Shown: positions 23,165 to 37,000, counted from the stretch's first letter. The stretch is DNA of 64,000 nt from Octopus sinensis (GCF_006345805.1 NC_043004.1:73036001-73100000); one strand, 5' to 3'. Translations and numbers: made by a program. Notes: a model not told the origin generated them from the letters alone.

Positions 23165-23483
23165 TACGTTTGTGTGTATGTATATGTATGTATGTATTTA
23201 CATACATATATATATATATATATGTGTGTGTTTTCGTATACATTCGCTGCTTTCTTCCAAGGAATGTAATGCTCTTATCTTATTTTTCCTTGGGGCTGGC
23301 CAGATTGGGGCAATCTCGAGTATAACCAGCCGAAATTGCAAAGATAAACTGGAACTCGACTGAGGAAAGAAAACTCCAAATGATCCGTCCTTGTTTTCCT
23401 TGTATCGTCTGTCTAGAAATTTTGTTTTCCTTTTTTTGTTTCACCTAACTGTCAGGACGTTTTGCATTCTTGTCCCATTTTTG

Positions 23484-23554
<71 letters not shown>

Positions 23555-23787
23555 ATATATATGAAATAATGGAGTCGAACGAAGAGTAAAGGAATTTTGT
23601 TAAAATCTTCGTTCGACTCCATTCTTTCATTTTTTCATATAAAAAAAAAACACACAAATTACCACACAAGAACACGGGGTTTGTGCCCTTGGCATGTAGC
23701 TTCAACCGTGTTTTCTGACGTGAATTCGCTACCCAGGTACCGATTAACCGAATTATCAATACTAGGATAATTCATTCACCTACTTAA

Positions 23788-23818
<31 letters not shown>

Positions 23819-23850
23819 GATATAGATAGATAGATAGATAGATAGATAGG

Positions 23851-23926
<76 letters not shown>

Positions 23927-24715
23927 CGCTGATATTTATGCATATACATATATGATATACATATATGAATAGGTATATTCGTATCTGGATGCACATACAT
24001 GCATATAAAGATCTCAGGCATAACAACAGCAACAACTGCAACTTGAACAGAAATCAGCTGAGGCAGCTACGTCAATAAATGATTTTAAAAATCACAGCAG
24101 CTATAACATTAATAGCAACAACAATGCCAATAATGGTAAGAAGAACATTTTCAACAACAGTATAACAGTTCCTGTAACATCATTAATTTCATCGTCGTCG
24201 TCGTTGTCGCCGTCGTCGTCGTCATCGTCATCGTCATCAGTAAAGAACGAATTACAATATGAGAAACGAAAACAACAGCAGCAGCAACAGCATAAAAAGC
24301 GGCAACAAGAAAAAAGAGCGTCAATAGCAAGAAAAAGAGCAAGGAATTTGATGAAATAGCTTCAAAAGAAGAGGATGAGACGATAGAAAAGAAGAAAAAA
24401 AGGTGCAACGGGAAAACTAATTATAAAACCTAGAATGAGAATAAGTTTGGTTAATGAAGGGTAAAATAGAGAGAATAATTATTTGGGATTAAATATCGGT
24501 GAGAAACTAGAGAAGCTAGGCACTACAATTGAAAGTTTTATAATGGCTGGGAGCAGACGATAAACAGAAATACGGAGAAAATAAAATACTTTGGAGTAAT
24601 GTTGGGAATAAAGCGGAAAGTAAAACAAAAACAATTTTTTTTTATCAAGAGCGGAAAGTTAAATATTGTTTAGAGGGAGATTTTGAAGAAAACCAACGGT
24701 TATAAGAGAGAGAAT

Positions 24716-24843
<128 letters not shown>

Positions 24844-26402
24844 TACTGATACTGTTCGTTTATAGAACAATGACCGAGCAAAGAATTTTTTGAAAAAAAC
24901 GTACTTAGAAGAGGGGAAAACTTATAGATGAAAGCACAACGAAAATATAACTGCAAGCTGTATGGAAGATAATTAAGAAGAAGAAGAAAAAACAGTTAAA
25001 AAAGGAATTGTATCTGATACACGGAAAATTTGATAAAGCATGAAGGAAATTTAAATGGGGAAATTGTGAATCACGTCCGTTATGCAATGTTGAGCAGAAT
25101 GCAATGTTGAGCAGAATGCAATGTTGAGCAGAATAGCACGTGACCATTTCTCGGTTGTTGTTGTTGGGGAGGGGTGGGTGGGGAAATAAGCGTTTTGAAC
25201 AATATATCCGAAAAGGATAGGTTGGTAGTCGGTGGGTAAAAAACAAAATAGATAACCTGGGATTTAAAGGAACATAACTCTATAATTTTCAAGCAGTTGT
25301 CACAAGTAACCCGTAAACTTTAATCAGGTTGTTTGAGAGATTGTTGTTTTGCCCCAAACCAGTACCGGTCGAGTAGACCCGAAATGTAAGACATTCTAGT
25401 CATGACCATCCAGTCTTTCGCTTGTCCCCACCCCCTTTCAAACAATCTGTGTCTGAGGACTACATTATCTAATATGCCATTCTTATTTTAAGATGAGAGA
25501 GTAACTTCAAAAGTGGTCGACTGCTATTTCTAGCAGATCAAGTGTCCCGTATAGAGGCTCCTTCGTTGACTTGCTCTTTCAGTTCCGAAGACTTCAATAT
25601 TACTGCTTATAACCGGAAATCATCGACGGGAACAATTAACGTAATTAATTGTAGCTTTTCGTTTATATTAACTAAAAATAATACCAATAATATTGCTAAA
25701 AAATGAAAATTATTGATAATACGCCATAAAGCTTATCAATTAATTATACTTAGCTTCGCTATATAATAATTTGGGAGATGCAGGCCCCGTCCAAATCTAT
25801 ACACTAATTTTTGAAAGGGTAGGATGAAGATTAAAATATCTTTGCCTTCTATTTTCTCAAAGTCAAACACTTAGTGAGAATATCGACTTGTGAGACACCA
25901 CAGATTCAACAATGTAGAGAAAGCATGTTCATACAAGCAGCTGTACATTATACGATTAACTATTGTGTATTGGAATGCACAGTGTAGTCTCAGCAAGACA
26001 GTTGAATATTTGAAGGTATTACACAGTGTTCGTTCTGGGCTGATCTATATAGCTACAGAACGATAACATGCCGTCACAAGAACTGAGAAATCGTAATTTA
26101 GAGATCTACAGTGGCATCATTCAGTTTTTGTCCATTAATAAGCCTTACATTCTTAGTCACGCTGTTGGTTTAACATTGATTATCCAGAATAAATCGTCTT
26201 AAGTCGTATATTTTGTAATTGGGGAACGTAGAAAATTGTGTAAAAGCATTAAGAATGTGTAGAAAATCTAGTGTAACGTATTTACCTTTTAAGTGCATTT
26301 TCTCAAGAATAAAGCTCCAATATTTAGAGTCAGGTTAAAGGCACAGGAAATCAATCGTATTCTATATACTAACACACGCACACACACACACATAAACATT
26401 TA

Positions 26403-26510
26403 TGAGAGGTGTATGAAAAGTCTTGAGCCTCAAACGAAACAAAACATGGTACAAGACTTCTGATGAAGGTACAACACTTCAAGGCTCAAAACTTTTCATA
26501 CACCCCCTCG
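26403..26510. mobile_element. Tc1/mariner-type MITE (about 108 bp)
   Basis: TIRs GAGAGGTGTATGAAAAGTCTTGAGCCT / AGGCTCAAAACTTTTCATACACCCCCTCG with TA on both sides. Confidence 0.75.
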
Positions 26511-26536
26511 TATATACACATACATGCATACATACA

Positions 26537-28135
26537 TAACTTAGAATAACTTAGAAAGGTTTTGGCCAGTATTGGCCCAGGCCATGTCTAACTTAATAGC
26601 ACCACCTGGCGAAGTCTTTCAATTAAGGATTTGGGCACCAAGGCCCATTCGAACAGAGAGTTATTGTTTGCGGAGACACATTCGGGTGTGGGTGGTTTGT
26701 CCGGGACTGTTTGAAGGAATTTGTCCAAAGACTTCTTGAATTTTGTGTGGTCAGTTTCTTTTTTGACGTGTCCTCGTGTAATGTTGAAGAGAGCGGGTCC
26801 AATTGAGGTGAAATAATTGTGCCGTATTGTCGTTATGTGATGCGATTTAGATTTTTGTTGTGGACGGATGGCACGTGGTCCAAGCCTTGGATGTATTTTG
26901 AAGGTGATGCCAACATCATTCGGACAGTGCTGATGGAATATTTTCCACATCATACAGATAATGTAGCGTTCACGGCGTCGTTGGAGTGAATACAGTTTCA
27001 GTTTCTCTAGTCTACCCCAGTAGTCAAGGTCTGACATGCCATCTATCTTTTTTGTGATTGACTTTTGGGGAGCTTCAATTCTCATAATATTTTGTTTCGT
27101 GTAGGGAGACCACAGTGGACAGCAGTATTCAAGGTGGGGTCGGGCAAAAGTGGAGAAGAGAAGGATAATGGTGTGGGAATCTTTCGACTGGAAGGTTCTG
27201 AGAATCCAGGAACACATTCTGCGGGCCATGTCAACTTTGCTGCTTATATGTGTAGCCCAGCTTATGTTGTTGTCCACTGTTACTCCCAGGTCTCTGATGT
27301 TGTTGGATGCCATGAGAATTTCTCCAGAAGGAAGAGAGTATGGGAGTTTCAGAGCGTCCTCCTTTCCAAAGTGGATCAGTTCGAATTTGTCTTCGTTTAG
27401 CAACATGTTATTCTTTTCCGCCCATTGGACAACAGCCAGTAGGTCTGACTAAAGGTATAACCGGTCATCCACGCCATTGATGACCTTCTGGAGCTTTGAA
27501 TCATCAGCGAAGGTTCTGATGTTACTGTGTTTGATGGTGTCAGTAATAACATTAATGTAGATGATGAAGAGAAGGGGGTCCAACACAGTGCCTTGTGGGA
27601 CACCACTGCTGACTTTGGCTGGGCTGGATTTGACTCCTTCAACTACAACATGTTGGGTTCTGTTAGACATGAAGCCCTTGATCCACTGCAGCAGCTTTCC
27701 AGTGACACCAATATTGGACAGCTTTCTCAAAAGAATCTTATGATCAACCCTGTCAAAGGCCTTGCTGAAATCAGGGTAGATTACATCATTGTTGGATCCC
27801 TCTCCCAAGGCTCTCAAAATGTCATCAACATGATGCAGTAGCTGCGTCAGGCAATCTCTTCTATTACGGAATCCATGCTGGTTGCAGTTCAGCATATTAT
27901 GACTCTCGAGGAAGTGAGTCATACGCGATCTCAGCACTCTCTCAAATACCTTAATGATATGAGAGGTGAGTGAGATTGGACGGTAATTCACGGCAAGCGA
28001 TTTGTTTCCTTTTTTGAAAACTGGGACAACAGACTGGGATAGAAGGTCTTCTGGTATATATCCAGCATCCATTGTGTTCCACCACAGATTGGCTAGAGGG
28101 GTGTAAGTTGGTGTTGACACATCTTCAAGATACAA
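26537..28135 (-). mobile_element. 5'-truncated CR1-group (CR1/L2/Proto2-like) LINE, RT and C-terminal domain
   Basis: NYRPISLTS, DFSKAFDRVDH, SGVPQGTVL, FADDSK, LYSLQRRRERY. Tail (TTCTAAGTTA)x2. Confidence 0.88.
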
Positions 28136-28184
28136 GCAGTGCATATGTATATATAATATATATATATACATATATATAATGTAC

Positions 28185-28240
<56 letters not shown>

Positions 28241-28258
28241 ATACATATATATAATATA

Positions 28259-28311
<53 letters not shown>

Positions 28312-28566
28312 ATATATATACTATATATATGATACATATATTTTAATATATTATATATAGATAAATCTATTATATATAATAATATATACCCATAGATATA
28401 TATATTATAATATATATATATTATTATATATCTATTTATATATAATATATATATGTACATATATACATATAATATATTATATATAATGTGTAAGCTATAT
28501 ATATAATACAAATACATAAACATACATATATAATATATATATATATATATATAATATATAGGTTCT

Positions 28567-28841
28567 CTCTCTTTACCTTTTACTTGTTTCAGTCATTTTG
28601 GTGCGGCATGCTGTAGCACACGCCTTTAGCCACGAGCAACTCGACCCCGGGACCAACTCATGTTTTTTGTAAGCCCATTACTTATTCTATCGGTCTCTTT
28701 AGCCGAACCGCTATATACGGATAAACACACCATCATCGGTTATCAATAATGCTATGGGAACAATAGATATACAAATATATACACACATATATATATATAT
28801 ACATATATACACAGGCTTATTTCATTTATATTCTATATATC

Positions 28842-28875
<34 letters not shown>

Positions 28876-28960
28876 AGACATTGCCCATATGGCCACGCAT
28901 ATATATGATCCGGAAATATATATGGTGTTGCATAGCTATTACCATATATATAATACCCCT
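28567..28960 (-). mobile_element. SINE type B, heavily corrupted copy inside a (TA)n field
   Basis: TTTTACTTGTTTCAGTCATTT..CTCGACCCCGG..TACTTATTCTATCGGTCTC is recognisable; the head is overwritten by ATAT runs. Confidence 0.7.
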
Positions 28961-29100
28961 ATATATATATATATATATAATATATATATATAATATATAA
29001 TATATATATATACAATATAATATATATATGTATATATATATATATATATAATATATATATATATTATATATTATATATTATGTATGTGTATGCTATATAT

Positions 29101-29141
<41 letters not shown>

Positions 29142-29183
29142 TAATACATATACATACATACATACAACATACATATATATATA

Positions 29184-29405
29184 TTTTTTTCTAGTTTCAG
29201 CTCAGAGCTGCGGCCATGCTGATGCACCGCCGTTTTGTGCTACACTGTTATTACGACGAACCTCGTCTAATATGTGGCACTTGGTGAAGAATGGAGTTTG
29301 ATACAGCTACTCTCATTTGCACCTCTTGCCGTGAGGTAGGTTCATCTGGGACTCTTGACAGGAAGATGTCCAGCTTTGATTTAAAAACCGATACATCTAC
29401 TTTAT
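29184..29405 (-). mobile_element. Short 3'-terminal fragment of a sister CR1-group LINE subfamily
   Basis: VDVSVFKSKLDIFLSRVPDEPTSRQEVQMR.. plus a 3' UTR stem-loop and A tail; homologous to about 29430-29645. Confidence 0.82.
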
Positions 29406-29408
29406 ATA

Positions 29409-32400
29409 TGATTGATTGATTGATTGATTCTAGTTTCAGCTTATGAGCTGTGGCCATGCTGGGGCACCGCCATTTGGTGTTGCTACTTGGTTTCACTTCA
29501 TGGAGGCTTTCTAGCAACTGCTATTTGGTGCATGAGAGAGTTCGATGCAGCTGCCCTCATCTGCCCCTCCTGCCGTGAAGTTGGTTCATCTGGGACACCT
29601 GACAGGAAGAGATCCAGCTTCATTTTAAAGACATCTGTATCCACCCCATGCAGGTCTCTCAGGTTCTTCGGGAGGATATTGAAGAGCTGTGGGCCTCGGA
29701 AGCCCAGGCTATCACAGAATCTTGTCCTACATCTTGATGGCAGGTTTGGAGTCCTAGGCCCACGCAGTGGCGCCCAGTTCTGGCATTTGCGTAACTCTCG
29801 ATGCCAAAGTTCAGGACACTTCCCTCCGGATCTTCCATGTATATTATGGCATATCTTTCCCGCCTACGCTCCAGGGAATATAATTTTAATCTCTTGAGTC
29901 TTTCCCAGTAGCTTACATTCTGCATAGAGGCTATCTTCTTTGTGTAGCTTCGTTGGATCGCCTCAAGTTGTGATCAACTTGACACTGGATGGTGACCATA
30001 GCTGAGAGAAATAGTCAAAGTGGCTTAGGACAAGTGTCTTCCAGAGGACCATCATGGTTTCTTGTTCTCTTGTTCTAAAGGTTCTAAGAATCCATCCAGC
30101 CAGCCGTCTACATTTCATTGTCAGTTTAGCAACATGTACATGAAAGGTCGCGTCATCACTCATGTGAATACCCAGGTCACGCACTGATTGTGCCTCTGGG
30201 ATTGCAATCCCTCCGGGTCCAGTGTATTCATTGGGTATTGCATTCATTTTTGCATGCTGATAGTATAAAGCTTGAAACTTTCCAGCATTGAACTGCATGC
30301 TATTCTTTTCAGCCCACTTGTATATTTCGTCCAGCTCACATTGCAGGTGTTTAGTGTCCTCAGGGTTCTGTATTGCCTGTGAAACTTTTGTATCATCTGC
30401 ATAACTTGTGATCGTGGCTCTCTGCGTGGCTGAGGGCATGTCTGAGAGGGCCATTATGAACAGTAGTGGTCCCAGAACAGTGCCCTGCGGAACACCGCTC
30501 ACTATTGTGTGTTAATGGAGGTGGCCCATTGGCTACTACCACCTGACTTCTATCCTTCAGAAAGTCATGAAGCCATTCTCCCAGTTTTCCAACTATGTTG
30601 AGATCACGCAGTTTGTGACATATCATTCCATGATCGACTTTATCAAAGGCCTTTGCAAAGTCGAGATATATCACTTCCACATTTGAGTGGTTGAGCAGCC
30701 GTTTCAGCACCCAGTCATAGTGTTGTAGGAGCTGAGTTAAACAGCTTCTCCCTGGTCGGAAACCATGTTGGGTGTCGGGCAGCAAGTCATTCTCTTCAAG
30801 GAAGGTGATCAGCTTCCTTCTGACTATTCGTTCCATGACCTTACTGATGTGTGAGGTCAGAGAGATAGGTCTATAGTTCTTGGCTTCCGCTCTGCTACCT
30901 CCTTTACGAATGGGGCATATTTTACCATCCTTCAGTTTTCCTGGAAGTTTGCCAGCTGCAAGGAAGCTCTGAAAGAGGAACTGCAGTGGTCTTGCTAGGA
31001 CTCTCTTACATGCTTTTAGGAGGATTGCCGGGAATCCATCGGGGCCAGTAGCTGAGTCTGTTTTCATTTCATCTATAGCCTTGGTTACATCGTCTTCCTT
31101 TATATCGATGTAATCTATCGTCGCCGCCTGATTTTATATCTGCAATGGTAAAAAAGTCAGTTGGATTGGTGATTTGGAGATGCCCAAGGGGTGGAGTGAA
31201 AACACTCTTGAATTGCTCATTCAGTATTTCACTTACCCTCATTGGTTTTCCTGTAAGTGTGCCATCCTTTTCGAGGAGTGGCCCTATTCTACAGTGCACT
31301 GTAGCTGTTTCTTTGGCATACCTGTAGAAAGCTCTGGGGTTAGATTTTATGTTTTCTATAGCCCAGGCTTCTTTGTCTGCTCTTTCTTTTTCATGGGAGA
31401 GTTGCAGACATTTTTCGATTTCCAACAGTTTTATTTTTAGGCGGGACTTTTCACTGCTTTCAATCTGTTTGTTTAGGCGATTTGAAAATTTCGTACGCCG
31501 TCTCATTAAAATTTTCCTCTCTCTGGGGATTTTGTTCTTGTGTACAGTGGCCTTTCTCTCTGGGACACATTTGTAGCATATGGCTTGCATTACAGACATG
31601 AATTGTTGAAGTTTCACGTCGATGTCTGGCGAGGAGAGACATTTAGGCCAGTTTTGTTTGGGGATCTCTTTCTCAATTTGTTTCCAGTTTGCCTTATGGT
31701 AGTTCAAGCTGGAAAGATTTTGAGGGTTTCTTGTAGGCTGCATGTCCGGCTCTCTTTTTGCCCGTACATGGTCAGCTCTATCATGTTGTGATCCGAGAGT
31801 AGTGTCGGTGTCACTTTCACATTATGGATGAGATCCATGTCATTTGTGAAGCAGAGATCCAGTGTGTACCTGCCCTGGTTGGTTGGAGTATTACCTGCTC
31901 CATGTACAGGGTGTTGATGAGGTTCAGGAGGGACCTCGCCTGTCCTCGTTCACATCTTGTCATTCCTGGAGAGAAAGGCCCTCGGGCCATCTGACATTGG
32001 GCAGATTGAAGTCTCCCATAAGAAGCACACCTATGTGTTGTTCTAATGTGGTTAGAATTTCTTCTATTTTTATAAGGCAGTCTTCAAACTTGCCCACATG
32101 GCTTGGTGCATCTGGAGGGCGATATGTAGCACACACAACTACATCAAGTTGCCTAATATGTACAATTAGTGTGTCACACACCGAGTTTGAGTATGACAAG
32201 AGGACCTGGGGTGTGAGGTCCTCACGGATGTACATAGCAACACCTCCATGACTCCTTTCTTTCCTGTCGGTCCGTAGTACAGCATACTGTGGTATGTGTA
32301 ACTCCGCATCTGCTATGTCCGGTTTCAGGTGCGTTTCTGTAAGTGCTATGCATAAGGCTTGATTGCATGCAACAAAGTCTCTCAGGAACGGGATCTTTGT

Positions 32401-33200
32401 CCTGTTACTGATGTTTTTCAGTCCTCTGATGTTCAGTAGGAGTATCGAGGTGAGGTGTACGTTGTTGCCGGCGGTGTCCATCCTGTTGTCTGTTTGCTGT
32501 GGTGGTATGTATATAGTGGGTAGTCCCACCTGCGGGCTTTGTTTTGATGAAGCCAGGTCAGCTGCTGTACAATCTTTTGTGCCATGCACAAAAAAGATTG
32601 TTGCTCAGCAGCTGCTCTTTCGCGACAACATCATGTTGGCTGTTTGTGGCGCGCCACAACATCTGCGTACCTCCGCTTTGGGGCAGGTGGTGCGTGGTCC
32701 ATCCCTTTTCTTTGTGTTGATGGTTTGTCCATCTGCCTCGTGTCTCTGTGGCAGGGTCCCCGATGTGCAAAGCGGCAGCCTGCACCTTCCTTTCCATGCC
32801 AGCAGGAACCTCTCAGGTAGAACATACACACCCGTGTGCGCTTTTGGTTCCATCCTTTGCGGTTCCACTTCTATTCCTGGTTGTTTCACTCTTTGGTCCT
32901 GCTTGAGCTTTTTCTTTCCTTTAGCTCTTCCAGTCCTTCTTTTAGTTCTTCTTCCTCCCTCTACCTCTCACCGGGTTCTCCGTCTCCATGGCCTTGCTGC
33001 CGGTTGGAGAACTTGCACCTGGGTTCACTTCCCGGGCAGGTTTCTCATTCAAAACCTCCTCCCGGGCGTCCACCAGGTGGGGGTGACTTCTTTCATCGTC
33101 TCCATTCTTGCCATCTTTGCCCCGCTCGTTCTCAAAGATGGCATCAAGTGCGCCAATGTGCGACCGTACAAGCGCATATGAGCGCACGAATTCCCGTCTC
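29409..33200 (-). mobile_element. Near full-length CR1-group LINE (ORF1 remnant with CCCH finger; ORF2 APE endonuclease and RT), frameshifted
   Basis: ORF1 piece CMFYLRGSCWHGKEGAGCRFAH. APE motifs LLNIRG, ALTETHL, YRPP, MGDFNLP. RT motifs GPDG, NYRPISLTS, YLDFAKAFDKVDH, SGVPQG, YADDTK, LYSLERRRERY. (AATC)n tail at 29409-29429. Confidence 0.9.
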
Positions 33201-33814
33201 ATTCTATTTAATATATATATATATATTAAATAGTGTACTTTAAACACAACAGAAACTTCCTTTAACAGGTAGTTTTACACGCTAGAAGAAGCAGCCAAAA
33301 CGACCAAAACCACATTTAAGACCAATTTCGAAGAGAATGAAAAATAAAAACTTTTATCTTGTTATTTTTTTACGGTTATACCTAGTTTTCGAACTTATTT
33401 AGCAAACAAAGTAATATATATATACATATATAAGCCCACAGTGGATTATGTTCTGAATGCAGCGCCGATTCCAGAGTGTGCCAACCTATTTACTGGGAGC
33501 TTATCGTTATATATATATGTGTGTGTGTGCTCCCTCTTTGAACGGCTAGCCCTACGCAAACCCAGGTTACGTCCAGTGCTCCTTCTATGCCGATTCCAGA
33601 GTGTGCCAGTGTGCCAGACATAATATAGAGCTTAATATGCCAGCCATGTTAAGAAGTTTATTCCTGACGTGGGAGATTATATAACGATGCCTACGACAGC
33701 AACAATAACAGCAACTGATATTTTATTTAATCACTTCTTAAGCTTATCTCTATCGACTTTCTATAGAATTCAGAGCCAGAACAGCAAGTTGCTACGCTTC
33801 GCAAACAAATACGG

Positions 33815-34014
33815 CTTTCTTTACTTGTTTCAGTCATTTGACTGCACCATACTGGAGCACCACCTTTAGTTGAATCAAATCGACCTCAGGAATTATTCTT
33901 TGTAAGCCTAGTACTTATTCTATCGGTCTCTTTTGCCGAACCGCTAAGTTATGGGGACCTAAACACACCAGCATCGGTTGTCAAGCGATGTTGAGGGGAC
34001 AAACACCGATACAC

Positions 34015-34075
<61 letters not shown>

Positions 34076-34095
34076 GTATATGTATATATATATAT
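33815..34095 (-). mobile_element. SINE type B, 3' half (split by the RTE insertion)
   Basis: Runs from the type B tail to the internal (CA)n(TA)n; the RTE 3' end follows directly. Confidence 0.88.
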
Positions 34096-37000
34096 CACTT
34101 TGATCACTTTGACCGACCAGTCCGTCAGGCGTCCATTTGACACCGCTGGTCACAGCACGCTGTCCACTCCTCTCTGGATCGCGCCTTTCTCATCCACGTG
34201 ATCCCAATCGTCCTCCTGAAATCGTAACTCCACCGTCGTGGAGGTCTTCCGGGTGGTCTTTTCCACTCACGCGGGTACCACTCGACGACTGCGTGCGTCC
34301 ACCGATTATCAGTGAGCCGGGCGACGTGTCCAGCCCATCTATATTGCTGCGTGTATACTGTGCGATGACATCTCTCACGCCGGACTTCTTTCTGATGATC
34401 TTGCTACTTATGTGCTCTCTCAACGAGATACCAAGCATTGATCTTTCCATGGCTCTTTGAGCCGTTACCAGTCTTTGCTCTTCTCTCTTTGTGGTAGCCC
34501 ATGTTTCACTACCATATAACATTGCAGGCAGAACTGCCATGTTAATGAGGTTGGCGCGGGTGGTCCTGTCCAACCTTCCCTTGAGCACATCCCTTATGCG
34601 ATTGAACGCCTTCCATCTGGCCCTTACTCTCCGTGAGATCTCCTTTTTGATATCCCGGCACATATTTACTTCCTGTCCCAGGTAGACATATTCCCTCACC
34701 TCCTCTATTTCATCACTGCCGATCACCATTCGACCTGTTGGTACGTTGTCTGACCGCATGAACTTTGTTTTCATGCGGTTCATCTTGAGACCTACTGCAG
34801 AACTTTTGATGTCGAGCTCCGTCAGCATGGTCTGAAGCTGATCCATGTTTTCAGCGATGAGTACGATGTTGTCAGCGAAACGGAGGTGAGTGAGGAGCTC
34901 GCCATTGATGTTGACATCACCTTGCCAGTCGATGCCTCTGATGATCTGTTCGAGACAGGCAGTGAAAAGTTTTGGGGAGATTGTATCTCCTTACTTCACT
35001 CCCTTCTCGACCGGCACTCGTATGGGTGATGACAGTAGAGCTATGTCGGTGGTGCATCCGGAATTTGCCTCTCTGAGCAGCTGCACATATTGCGGTTCGA
35101 TTCCTTGCCTCTGCAGCGAGTTCAGCACTGCGTTGGTTTCGACGCTATCGAAGGCCTTCTCATAATCTATAAACGCAACGCCAAGAGGCAGTTTGTACTC
35201 ATTTGCTCGCTCAAGCAGTTGCGTTAGAGTAAATATATGGTCCATCGTGCTGTAGTTCTTCCGCAAGCCTGCTTGTTCCCTCGGTTGTTCGTCGAGACGA
35301 CGTGACAACCTGTTCAGAATTATCTTCGTGAACAGCTTGTACACGTGAGACAGCAGACATATGGGTCGGTAGTTCTTTAGATCTTCTCTGTCGCCCTTCT
35401 TATACAGCAGGATGGTATTTGACTCTTTCCAGTGCGAGGGAATTCTTCCTTCGTCTAGATAGTGCGTAAATCGTTCAGCGAGGATTTTCCAGAGCTGCTC
35501 TCTGTCTGACTTTAGCACCTCCGATGGTATACCGTCTTTCCCTGGAGCCTTTCCGTTTTTCATCGAGCCGATGGCTCTTTCAACCTCACTGACAAGGATA
35601 GGGGGCACGTGTTCTTCCTGTTGGAGTGGTGGTAACGGCTGGACATTTCTGGTAGACTTAAAGAGCTTGGTGTAGAAGTCTTCACAAACTTTTTCGATCT
35701 CGCTCTTCTCGTTGACCGGTATTCCATCTGTATTTTTCAGGGCCGTCACCTCCGATCTATATAGTACCATGTCCCTCTTGCATTTCTTGAGGCTCTTTTT
35801 TTCCTCTGCGGCCTTCAAGAGCTTCTCCATCCGGTATGCCTCAAAGTCTTTCTTTAGTTGCTGACGAATCACTCTGCTGAGAATGGAATATTCAAGGTGA
35901 TCTTCAATAGTCCTCTTCATATTTTTCCTCTTCTCGAGTAACTTCGTAGTTTCTTCCGAGATTCTTCCCTTCTTTTCTTTTGGGCATACACCCTTAGCCT
36001 TCCTTAAACACTCCTTCAGTTTCCCTATCAGTGAGTTGTAGTCATCGTCTATGTCGTCTCCTTGGCACCAGTCTTCCTGCATGATGGCTTCCTGCAGCTT
36101 TGCCTCGTTGTAGACTCGGACACGTTTTCCCTTCGACGCCAAATATAACGCCATCTTCTCCCTCTTCTCGTCGATGACGACCCTCGCCCTTACCAGACGA
36201 TGATCGCTGCCGGTGTTGAATGGCGTCACGACGAAGACGTCATGCAATATGCGTCGCTTATCAACCAGGATGTAGTCGATCTCGCTTCGGTGCTTAGAGT
36301 TCGGCGATATCCAAGTCCATCTCTTCCTCTCCCTCTTCCTGAATAGGCTGTTTTCGATGTAGAGCTGCCTCGCCTCTGCCATGGTAGCCAAACGTTCTCC
36401 TCTCTCGTTTCTCTCTCCCATGCCAAATCTCCCGACGTACTCCTCTCCTTGTCGTCCATGTCCAACCTTTGCGTTGAAGTCTCCCATCACGACAGTGTAA
36501 GTGGACTTCATAGCCAGCCCTTTGTCTTGTTGTCGATAGAATTCTTCCACCTCGTCGTCGTCGCTGGCACTTGTGGGAGCATAGGTCTGGACAATCTTGA
36601 GGGTGGCCTTCTCTGAGAGGTTCACATTTAGTACACCAATCCGTGATGATATGAAGTGGCAAGAAGCGACCCTCGAAGCCCATTCCTTACTTACGATGAA
36701 TCCTATACCTCCAACCGATCTAGCCCCTTCTGCTCTTCCTAATCTCACAATGCATCTATCTTGCCATCGTATACTCGCTTCCTTCTTCCAGCGTGTCTCA
36801 CACAGCCCTAACACGTCGCACCTGATCTTCTTCCTCTCCTCCATTAGGTGGTTCAGTTCTTGCCACTCTGCCATAGACCTGCAGTTGTAGGTGCATATGA
36901 CAAGTTTAGTCCTGTTCCATGACGGCCTTCGGGAACCTGTGATTCTTAGCAGCCTCTCGTCGCTCGAGTTGCACTCCGCCGTCATGGAGTGGCCCGATTG

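Noticed and set aside
32363-33181. 272-aa plus-strand ORF
   Set aside because: Antisense shadow of the GC-richer LINE ORF1/ORF2 region with no recognisable motifs.
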